Positions 53,582 through 64,000 of a DNA stretch of 64,000 nucleotides are shown here, in pieces. Position numbers and translations under genes: made by a program. The stretch comes from Trichoplax adhaerens (Eukaryota; Animalia; Placozoa): positions 456,482 through 520,481 of the forward strand of contig NW_002060952.1 of assembly GCF_000150275.1 (NCBI RefSeq). The letters are read 5' to 3'. Below the pieces are notes generated by a model. That model was not told the origin of the DNA, made no database searches, and saw nothing but the letters and a program-made list of their open reading frames with translations. Numbering within the stretch: the first letter of the stretch is position 1; each line of letters opens with the position of its first letter.

Positions 53582-54406
53582 AATCGACTGTCCATGCAGC
53601 TTATGACTGTATGACATGATGTTGGCTATATTAGTACGAATTTAATACAATAATCTAATATGTAATAAAATCCTGGCCTTGTAATAGCCTATCCGACTAT
53701 AGCTTGTCAGTCGTCAATGCATAATTCTTCAAATACAAGAAACGATCATAACTATACTTTATCGTTCTTTGAGCTTCTCTCATAGTACAAAGACATAACT
53801 CGTATATTTATGAATACTAGTTTTGGATAAGTTATTTCGATACAAAATAAGCTATGTGCGATAGACGCACATAGACGCTCACTTATGTCTCTAACCTGAA
53901 CTAACTGCCTAGCCATACCCGGTAAAGAATTTCCATAACTACTATCCAGAAATGATGACTGAATACATTCGGTGGCGTGCCAAAAGGAAGCAATTTCACT
54001 GTTGCCTGAATTATAACTATCTCCTGGAAATGACATTGTTTCGGCAGTTACCGTGGTTCACCTTCAACCAACGACGAAAATTTTCTGTTGGAAAGTTAGG
54101 AAATTTATCTTGATAGCCATTTGAATTCAGCGTCGCGATTTTAAGATATCTGTTCCAAATGAAGATTGATTGATAGAGGAATCATACAAGAAAAAGCAAC
54201 ATTAGTCAAAAATCAAGAATTTGCAATATACACAAATTAAATTGTTGTACTGTATATTCCCATTTGTAAAGCTCGTAGTACAGTCGGTCAATAATTAACA
54301 TTATTATTAACGTAGTGAAATTAATGTAAGCCATATTGAGCCTTGAAGTTTTATTCAATTTTCATGCTTTTTTCTAGGATTTTGCAATTTCACTTGTATA
54401 GAATAT

Positions 54407-54640
54407 CAAGCAATATACGACTATTAGCTCTTAAAAATATTTCAAAACCGCTATAATGGACAGTATTGAGTAGTCCCTGATACGTGTATACGCGTATAGC
54501 GGAATAAGAACCTTACTTATATATATACTTTGTCTAGCACATCAAGCAACGTACTATTAGCTTGTAAAAATATTTCAAAACGGTTGTAGTGGATAGCATG
54601 TAGTAGTCCCTGGTGTATATAGCAGAATGGGAGCCTTATT
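54407..54640. repeat. Diverged ~135-bp tandem duplication
   Basis: caagcaa...actattagct...taaaaatatttcaaaac...agtagtccctg occurs at about 54407 and 54543. Confidence 0.8.
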
Positions 54641-57600
54641 AATTTGTCTACATCTTGATAAAGTATCACTTTTTGCAAGTCCTACGGTATTCAACGGATA
54701 ACTCTGATCAATGTGGTATAACGAATGTACGAGCTACGGAAGAATTGGTATTAACGTTGTGATGCCTTTTACGCGCAATAGTACTCGCATACTATACCAA
54801 GAACTACTCAGAAAACTAGCGAAATTCAGAATGGAGAATATTAGTTGATACAAAATGCACAACAATGAATTATTGAACGAAAACAATTTACCTATAAAGT
54901 CCAAACTGGCCTACTATTCAAGTACAGTAGTTACTGTGTCAGCATCTAGCATACTGTATTATTAATAATAACAACTATAAAAGAAAAAAATTCAATCAAC
55001 GATCGGATAGTCTGGGTGCAAATATTAATATCCGGAAAAATTCAATTTGGATGATATCATGGTGTAAAATTTGACGTAGAAGAGTTGGATAGAGAGTCGA
55101 GAATTTATTTACTCTTGTGTACCAAATATTTCGTTGTCGGGAGATTATAATTAACGTCTTTTCACGTTGAAATAATAATGTAATAGGCGTACTGTTTTTA
55201 TTGGCTCTTTTGTTATTACTACAGTGGCGAAGTGATTCTTGCCAGTTGTGGGCAAACTTGATACTTGATGCTCAAAGTTTCTATTAAACTAAATAAGCTA
55301 ACGGGCGTCATAACTATAATCATCATCATAACACAATATACGTATGATTATCCAATTTACTTTTCACTCTAATCTCAGTCAAAAATCTCTACGTACAGTA
55401 GGTTCTGGAAATGTCTGCCTAAAAAGTCTTACTACTCAATCGTGTTGAGTATAGCAGCCTTAATGTGGTCACGCTCTGTTGGCAGTTGTAGATCTATCCA
55501 GCCTAAATGCAGTACCACGGGAATATTGGAGCAGTTTTGAAGAAAAATTTCTCCAAGCGACGGTAGGATATCCGCACTTTCTTTTAGTTCTACGAGTATA
55601 GCTTGATTTACGAACGATATTGAATTACGCTATTGGAGAATCTACATAGGCTAACTAACGACTGCCTATATTCACAGCGACTGGTACCTTTGTGCTTGTA
55701 CAATGTACAGTATAGTACTGTATTAATAATAGAAAGGAGAAAAAAGTTCGATTATAATTATAATTATTATTCAGTGATATAGTACAAGCTTGCGATTCTA
55801 TAAGCTGCATATTCGCACAGGCGATAAAGTACAGTATACGAGTATATCTATTTGAAAAGCATTCTTGTAGCTATCATTATAGTAAATTGAGATGATATTA
55901 ATTTAGGACATTGATGAAATCTCATTGCTATAACATAATGTCACTTTCACGGATTTCTACCGTTGGACATGGATGCGCGGATTTTTGAAGCAACAGCGGT
56001 GTATTACCGCAATCGCCCAATCAGAATCAATAATGAATATAGAAATGGACGCCAAGCTCAAGATACTCAACTATCTTTAGACAAGTCATGGTTAGAACTG
56101 CAGCGTTTCTACTCCATAACGGAAATAAGATCAACTGGTAAATAATAAGTGATTAATTAATTGTACAATCACTTAAAACGATGGGTATAATACAGTTATG
56201 ATACAGAAGTAGGCGTACTATGCTTGCGCTCGTTGACATAGTATGATCGAAAATGTAGGCGTCCATATCACAATCAAAATCTATTTAAAATTTTATCAAA
56301 TCAAATAGATCTTTAACGGCCTATTTCACACTCTTGACGAGACAATAAATTTATTTAGGCAGGCAAAACGCAAGTCAGTATGATATAATGGTTAAGGGAT
56401 AAAAAAATTGAATTGTATGATCACTGTTGCAACAAGTATCACGAAAGTATTGTTATACTACCGATTATCATCAGTCGTGATTGATTAAGTTTTACAGTAT
56501 TATTGCCTGAAGAGAAGGACGAACGAACATTGCACATTCCATGATAAAAGTAGAGCTCCTGATGAAAACGAGTACAAAGTTAAGTGCATAGGATGACTGC
56601 CTTGAACAGCACACGTACACAAGGATGCCACTGTGGTGGATGATTACATGAGAATGTTTCTAGTTTATGAATATCGATAAAATAGGCGAAGAAGAAACTG
56701 GAGTTTACCAATGACGTAAGCAGAAGGCCCCCCTGAAGGTCTCGAATAACATCCTTGACTGCAGTAGATGCTTGATTTAAATGTAGCAGTACTGTAGCGT
56801 AATGCAGGCTAGCATGATCATGTCGATGTACGCTGAGTTATGAAGGAAGGAATATTACCATCCGAGTAAGCCTGAATGGATGTATTGACGATGGGAACTT
56901 TTTCCCCCTCCAATTTAGCGGTATATTTCGCTTTCTATGTTCCCGAAAGCGTAGAATATTGTATGCAGTTTCTGGACCAACTTTTGAATAATACAAAAAG
57001 GAACGCAGAATTACTCCTTTGTAATGTAGCAGACGGCTAAGTTGCTACACCCTCTACGACTGTAAGTCCCGTATGCAAGAGCACACATAATAAGCATATA
57101 TTATTGTTGTTACTTGTGCATCGAGTTACGCTATTATGGCTACGATGCTGAAATAGGCAGAGAATCTTCTCTATTTTACCGTTAAAATGGGAGGAAAAAA
57201 AAAATCGGAAAAACATCCCTTGTACGATTGTACGCGTCCGGCTAAAACGTGCTTTATCAAACTGTGGGGTAGTATCCATGGTATCAGATTAGCACTCTAT
57301 CACGTTGGATTCTCATCCTCTTGGCGTAGCAATGACTGATTTTTGTACTGTGTGTAGACAGTTGTGATATACAAAGATTTGTGCCACGCTATTCACATTG
57401 GTATCCCATTTTACTACTGTGTATGTTAGGAAATAAAGATGATGTTGTGCATTATTTCGTCGTTATGCTGATGAATACAATTAGAATAGATAAGATTAGT
57501 GTAGTAGTCCGACTTACCGCTTGTTCTCGATTAGGATCGAATCGAGGTGATTATCAGGTGGAGTATTTCTTTTTAAAATGATCGATACAGCAAAATGGAT

Positions 57601-58359
57601 CTGTCCAAAACGTATGAACTCTTATTACTGTTATTTACGTAGGGGGATAATTAAGTTGATAACTAGCTAGTCGGTTTATAAAGCTTTGATACACTTGGTA
57701 TAATATCTAAATATCAATAACGCGTGTCCTCGGTATGCAAAGTTTAGGTGACCAGGTGACGCTTACGGGGATTATTCTATTTACCCGTTTATTGATACAT
57801 TTAAACGGTTTTTCGTCATGCTATTGTATCCGTCATAATAGTCATTATATTGTTATTGCTACAGTACTTAACGTCCATTGAAAGGATGGATGCATACCAA
57901 AGTGTATTACATTTAGCCTTCTTTTGAGTCATTGCAATACACCGGCGGCCATTACTGTTCAATTGCGGCCGCTTGTCCATTGCAGTCAGGCGTGTAACGC
58001 TGTTAGGTACGCTATCCAACGGCAAGGGAGATGTTGCCAGGAATTTCATCCATAATCAACTGTGTACAGTATAGGATACTCGATGACATATTACTGTATA
58101 CTTGGATTGTATTCCTCATTTAGCCTCGCAAATGATTTCCTCATTGGGTAGAAAATGGTTGTGTTTGACAGCCGCTACAACCACCCTCAACTGTTTACAG
58201 TTGAAATGACTGTCGTAGTATATTGGTTTGCACGTTAAAAAAGAAAATTACTCTCCTTGCAACTTGGATCATACTGGATCTGCTGTCACCATGAGTTACA
58301 AATGAGACTCATAAAGTCGCGATCCAGTGAATAAAATTACATGATTATCCTGGGCGTTA

Positions 58360-58820
58360 CCACAGTCTTGTAGTATTCTACAGTAGTTCACTATTGGAAT
58401 GAACAATAAAAACCCAATCAGCGCTGTTTTCATCTAGGAATGCGGCTGTGTCATGAGAGTACAGTGTACAGTGTACAGTATGGGGAAGGCCTACAGTAAA
58501 TGTACTGTGATCTGCTACTGTAGTACTCCGATTTTTCTTTTACGGAGACACAGGAATGCGGCTGCGTGATGGCAGTGCTGTACTGGACAGTTATGTGTCG
58601 CTTACAGTACTGTACAGTATCGTACTCTACTATGATCTTACACTACCCAGATTTTCTTTTACTGAGACGCTATTCAAACGCTCCGTTAAAACTGTTTCAA
58701 AAGCGGCGGCTGGCTATACTGTACGTACTGCGCAGTACGCGAAATCCTGGTGACGTACAGTACAGTATCAGGGACTACTGGAAAGAAGAGAAAAGGACAC
58801 GACACCTCCGAAAGCTGCAG
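58360..58820 (+). promoter_or_regulatory. Promoter-like block (CAGTA-rich, CCAAT box at about 58414, TGACGT at about 58751)
   Basis: Dense tacag/ctgta runs, aacccaatcagc, ggtgacgtac and locally higher CpG content. Confidence 0.45.
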
Positions 58821-58823
58821 AAA

Positions 58824-58881
58824 ATGTCTACATGTGTAGGCCGACTGTTTTTGCTGGTCATTTCAACTGCACTGACCATCG
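58824..58881 (+). CDS. Candidate alternative or orphan first coding exon, hydrophobic and signal-peptide-like (MSTCVGRLFLLVISTALTI-G)
   Basis: AAAATG start, 19 codons plus 1 nt, then donor G|GTAATC (phase 1). It lies downstream of a promoter-like CAGTA-rich block. Confidence 0.45.
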
Positions 58882-58916
58882 GTAATCGTATGCTATACTG
58901 TACTGTATCCTGCTCC

Positions 58917-59881
58917 AAATTCCCTGCCAGGTTGCTTTGCATACTGTAGTACAGATGATTGCATTGAGCTAACTTGCGATAGTTTTAGTATTGTTGTAGC
59001 TCAATCGCTGTCAAGTAAGGTTCCCATTGGAACCAATTTCAATAGCTCTTAGTATAGAGAAAATGGATAGGCAAATTCCCTGCTAGGTTGGTTTGCATAC
59101 TTTAGTCTGTAGTACAGATGATTGCATTGAGCTAACTGACGATAGTTTTAGTATTGTTGAAGCTCAATCGCCGTCAAGGAAGGTTCCCATTGGAACCAAT
59201 TTCAATAGCTCATAGTATAGAGAAAATGGATAGGCAAATTCCCTGCTAGGTTGGTTTGCATACTGTAGTACAGATGGTTGCATTGAGCTAACTGACGATA
59301 GTTTTAGTATTGTTGAAGGCTTGAAGCTCAATCGCCGTCAAGGAAGGTTCCCACTGGAACCAATTTCAATAGCTCATAGTATAGAGAAAATGGATAGGCA
59401 AATTCCCTGCCAGGTTGGTTTGCATACTGTAGTACAAATGATTGCATTGAGCTAACTGACGATAGTTTTAGTATTCTTGAAGCTCAATCGCCGTCAAGGA
59501 AGGTTCCCATTAGAACCAATTTCAATAGCTCTTAGTATAGAGAAAATGGATAGGCAAATTCCCTGCTAGGTTGGTTTGCATACTGTAGTACAGATGATTG
59601 CATTGAGCTAACTTACGATAGTTTTAGTATTGTTGAAGCTCAATCGCCGTCAAGGAAGGTTCCCATTAGAACCAATTTCAATAGCTCTTAGTATAGAGAA
59701 AATGGATAGGCAAATTCCCTGCCAGGTTGGTTTGCATACTGTACAGTGTACAGTAGTACAGATGATTGCATTGAGCTAACTTACAGTACGATAGTTTTAG
59801 TATTGTTGAAGCTCAATCGATGTCAAGGAAGGTTCCCATTAGAACCAATTTCAACAGCTCTTAGTATAGAGAAAATGGATG
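58917..59881. repeat. Six-copy ~156-bp tandem repeat upstream of CDIPT exon 1
   Basis: Units start with aaattccctgc at 58917, 59073, 59236, 59400, 59556 and 59712. They are near-identical apart from small insertions and substitutions. Confidence 0.97.
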
Positions 59882-59882
59882 G

Positions 59883-60068
59883 GACAGTACAGTACAGTAG
59901 TTTGACCCAAGTCTTACAGTATGAGACGGTTTGTACTGTACACTGTACACTGTACACAACAAAGTACAGTACCACGTACTGTAGACTACAGTACAGTACT
60001 GTAATAAAAGCGCTGGAGTGGATCCCAAGGTTGCAGTCCCTGAGCCTGTGTGTCCGCCGAAGATCGCT
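59883..60068 (+). promoter_or_regulatory. Putative CDIPT core promoter and 5' leader, CAGTA/TACTG-rich
   Basis: acagtacagtacagtag and tgtactgtacactgtacactgtacac lie directly upstream of the ATG at 60069. Confidence 0.55.
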
Positions 60069-63000
60069 ATGGGAGAAAATATATTTCTATTTCTGCCCAA
60101 TTTAATCGGTAAGTCAGCATCTCTTCCCAAAATTAGACACATTGAGACCTTTTACCTGTATTTTGATGTGTATTATAGGCTCACCATAGTTTGACCGTGA
60201 CTAGAAAACTCTTATATCACCAGATTAAAGTACTGGGTAGACTCCGCTATCAGATAGTTTATTGATGGAAGTGACTGTATAGTGTGTTACTTCCAGCACA
60301 GTACTGCACGTAGTCTGGTGCGCATCAACTTATCGTAGTATTAACTCACATTATAATTAATTGCAATTCAGCGTGATGTAAATTGAAATTTGGAGATTAA
60401 TAATCATCGCCTTTGATGATCTTATTTTCATTCCAATCATTATAATGAAATTTTTAACATGACCTCTAAATGCCTATCACTAGACTGATATTGCAAAGCG
60501 CTGCGATCATAATGATAATGAGATTATTTATTGAAAGGGGAGAACGACTTCGTCTTGGATTTGACTTGGCTGGAATTGGACAGTAAAGTGTCGGCATACA
60601 AGTTATTACGATACTAGCAAATTACACATACTAAAAAATGAGCAAATGTTACAATGGTAGATATTTGAACAAGTAAAAGTCGTACTACAGACTAGAGCCA
60701 GCTATATCATAGCTGGAGATGGGTATGATTGCACTGATACTAAATCATCATCGTTTCATTCATGGAGACCCATGTCTTGTACTGTAGACGACTCATATTG
60801 CATCTCGGTTGTCTATTAATTATACGAGAATAGAAATTGTTTCCCGATGGAAATGACGCAAGTACTTCCTGGTCTTATCATATTGCTAGGGAACAGATAG
60901 ATTATAATCAATGCTTAAGTAACATCTGATTAAGTAAGCGATCTATATTACTGGCGGACAGTTTCCTATTGCAATTGAAGGCTTCATATCAATCTCTGGC
61001 TATCCATACAGATACTAAGAGCTTTAGGATGGCTAAATTAACATTGCTATAAGCAAGGTTACATGATCATGCTTGTTACGATCGCTAGTTATCAAAAGAT
61101 GAGTCCGTCAAAGATTCATCATTGATGATACTCTTTAAATTGACAACACTACATTCGCATACAACTGAAGGCTTTATTGTCTTAGAGTCAAAACTCCTCT
61201 AACAAATCCATCCTTTGTTAAAAATTTCCCTAATTATACTGTACAGCACGTACTGTACCCTTTAGTCGAATGTTGTTCTATGCTAGACCATCAATTTATT
61301 AATTATAATTATCGTATTCATCTTCTTGATCATATAAGAAGCATCAAACCAATTTTCAACTCATGACAACTTGTACTCGTCGTAGCAAAGTAGGACATCG
61401 TTGCAGTACGCGCAATAAACAGCATTGATAGCAATTCTGCTTCCGCATAAGGTTGTATCTGTCAACAATATAAAGTCTTATCATGAATAAATAGATGTAG
61501 TTTCCAATCATCAACTCTTGCCTTTGAAATTCTAATTCGCTTATATTTTAAACCCATTACTTTACTTGATGATTTTTAGACCATGTTGAAGTTTATTGTC
61601 AAAGAGATAATCCTCATGTACACACGTACTATGCATAACGAATTCAATTTACTATGCAACTTATTCAATATAAAATTTAATTGTGGTATAGATTAATTTT
61701 ATTCTTTCTTGGTCGCTATTCTAGGGTACGCAAGGGTTATACTAGCTTGTGCGGCATTCTACTACATGCCTACAAACCATCTACTATGTGGTGGACTATA
61801 TATTCTCAGTCAATTATTGGATGCATTTGACGGTTATGCAGCACGATATCTGAATCAATGTAAGATGAACAGACGATAAAATGAAAATTTTTACAACAAT
61901 TAATTTTACATTTTCTCTCTACGCCTACAAGAGTCTGTTTGTGACAATACTTAATTTTGTAGCTTATTCATATATAGTTTAACCTTGATCGAAATCGTAT
62001 CTACTTTATATCACTCCTTTTCTATGAGCTTGTACCTTACTCCCAATAGTAACAATCTATTTATTATCGCCATTGCGTTCTAATGAAACATTGCCCACAG
62101 ATGAATTATCGACCGTAGTATGCATTTCAATCTTTACACTTAATGTCGCACGAATTAGGCTTGTATCATTGTTAAGTATTAATAATGTGCTATGCTGTGG
62201 CATATTAGTTAATCGGATTACTTAAAAGTTGTGATCATTCTTCACGTTTGTACATTACAGGTACCAAATTTGGCGCTGTACTTGATATGCTGACAGATAG
62301 GTACGCCCTACTACACAGTATACAGTATGCTATTATATAGAACGAATAGGATTACTACATAGAAACTACCCTATGTAAAGGATGATAATTATCACTGTAT
62401 TGCTTACTCATATACACGTATCTCTCAATGGGCCAATAAAGATATAGTAGATATTTCTTATGACAAGTTATTTTCTTTGTCAGATGTTGCACTGTTTGCT
62501 TAATGGTGGTATTGGCAAAATTTTACGAAGACTATTACTTGATGTTTCAATTCTTGATTGCCCTTGATATTACCAGTCATTGGTTTCATATGTACAGGTA
62601 ACATACGTAATGCAATATCCAATGTAGTTCTGTAGGAGGGACAACGATCGAATTCTTACTAAATGAACCTCCTATTATAATTATTTAATTGATCCCACAC
62701 TGCTGCATACATATTATTAAACACTACTAACTGTAATATGTTCTCTACTTACAGTTCCTTCCTTAAAGGCAGTAGCAGTCATAAACATATCGATTTATCT
62801 GGAAATCCTTTGTTGAGATTATATTATACATCCAGAGTAAGTAAATTTCTGTGTATTTAAAGCACTTTAATATTTGAATACATTGATTCTAATCTAATTT
62901 TTTTTCAATAGCCTGTTTTATTCTTTATGTGTGCTGGAAACGAGTTTTTCTTCGCGATGTTGTATCTACTCCACTTTGAAGAAGGGCCCGCAGGTAAAAG

Positions 63001-63392
63001 TCACCCAAGACCATAAAATACTTAATTATAAGCTTTCATTCCACACCAGTGGCATTATACGAATATTTTGAAATGTGTATTTCGTATACCTGCTCATGTC
63101 TGTAATCTTTTAGTTTATTTTTATTTCGCAATACGAATGTAATTAAAGGAGCTTAAAGAATTTCTTAGTATAGAAAATATATTCGATAATCTTATGTACG
63201 TATGATGTTGATCCATTTTAATTTTTAGTCAACTATGGCAGCACTTCAATCGGGTTATGGAAACTCATTGCTTGGATCTCCCTTCCAGTGTGTATTTTAA
63301 AGCAATTAATTAGTATTGTCCATCTCATCACTGCATCCCAGAATATTGCTAATGCCGATTTAGCGGAAAGGGAAACACCTAAAAAGCAGTAA
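60069..63392 (+). CDS. CDIPT: CDP-diacylglycerol--inositol 3-phosphatidyltransferase (phosphatidylinositol synthase), 7 exons
   Basis: Exons at about 60069-60108, 61725-61859, 62261-62300, 62484-62597, 62755-62836, 62912-62993 and 63229-63392 give MGENIFLFLPNLIGYARVIL, the CDP-alcohol phosphotransferase motif LDAFDGYAARYLNQCTKFGAVLDMLTDR, LDITSHW, SHKHIDLSGNPLLRLYYTSRPVLFFMCAGNE and ...ETPKKQ*. Confidence 0.97.
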
Positions 63393-64000
63393 TTGTTGAA
63401 AGCGGTGTAAAATATGTTGTTTAGCAAGATATTTTAGACATAAACGCAATTTATGAAAATTTTATAGCTAGATCTATTATTTGATCTTAAAGACTACAGA
63501 TATAAATTAATCTTTCTTAACTTAATTTAAAATCCAAAGTTTTATTACGTGCCTGCGGTAACGTTATTAGATCTAGACCCTTTCTTCTTATAATGATTGT
63601 AAATGGATAATAAATAATGGGCATTTTGTCGAGCTATAACGAGCCAAATAGTATTTAAGTCTAAATGGTTGGCACAAACACAAAGAGTGATGTACCTTTT
63701 TTTAATGACGCAATCGAACTTTTCTCTGTTAAGTTAAGATTCCTTAGTCTTATCACTGTCTTGTATTAAGAGTAAGAACTAATTATTTAATTATCTCTAA
63801 AGGTGTTCTGTAACATATATAATGTTATAAATTGAGTAATAAATATTCATTTCAGGACTTAGTCATCAAATGTATTTTTTATGATCAATTATTGGAGTTT
63901 AGTATTTTGAGGCTTCACGGTACAAGTTCCAAAATTTTAAATTTTCTGATCAATACGCGTATTGATCTTAGGAAATACAGTAGACAGAAAAAAATAATAT

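Noticed and set aside
59125-59170. Hammerhead ribozyme or retrozyme in the 156-bp repeat (CTGACGA matches CUGANGA)
   Set aside because: The downstream core is GAAG rather than GAAA, there is no room for stem I, and three of the six units lack CTGACGA.

Overview
AT-rich eukaryotic (animal) genomic DNA with short GT-AG introns. Gene content and style are consistent with an early-branching metazoan such as the placozoan Trichoplax; this is an inference, not proven. Five spliced genes can be reconstructed by eye: SPT6/SUPT6H (minus strand, runs off the window start), two diverged tandem SLC38A9-family amino-acid transporters (plus), a RIM-binding protein with coiled coil, SH3, three FN3 and two more SH3 domains (minus), and phosphatidylinositol synthase CDIPT (plus). 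Three ~8-kb stretches contain no recognisable coding exons. The main unexplained signals are non-coding. (1) A self-complementary CAGTA/TACTG motif piles up at gene 5' ends and differs in copy number between otherwise near-identical repeat units. (2) Most promoters are flanked by their own unrelated tandem array; one is an array of RFX X-box-like sites upstream of RIM-BP. (3) A second promoter carries a phase-matched hydrophobic first exon upstream of CDIPT. (4) An orphan promoter contains a 41-bp-arm hairpin. Exon boundaries were read manually and may be off by a few bases.
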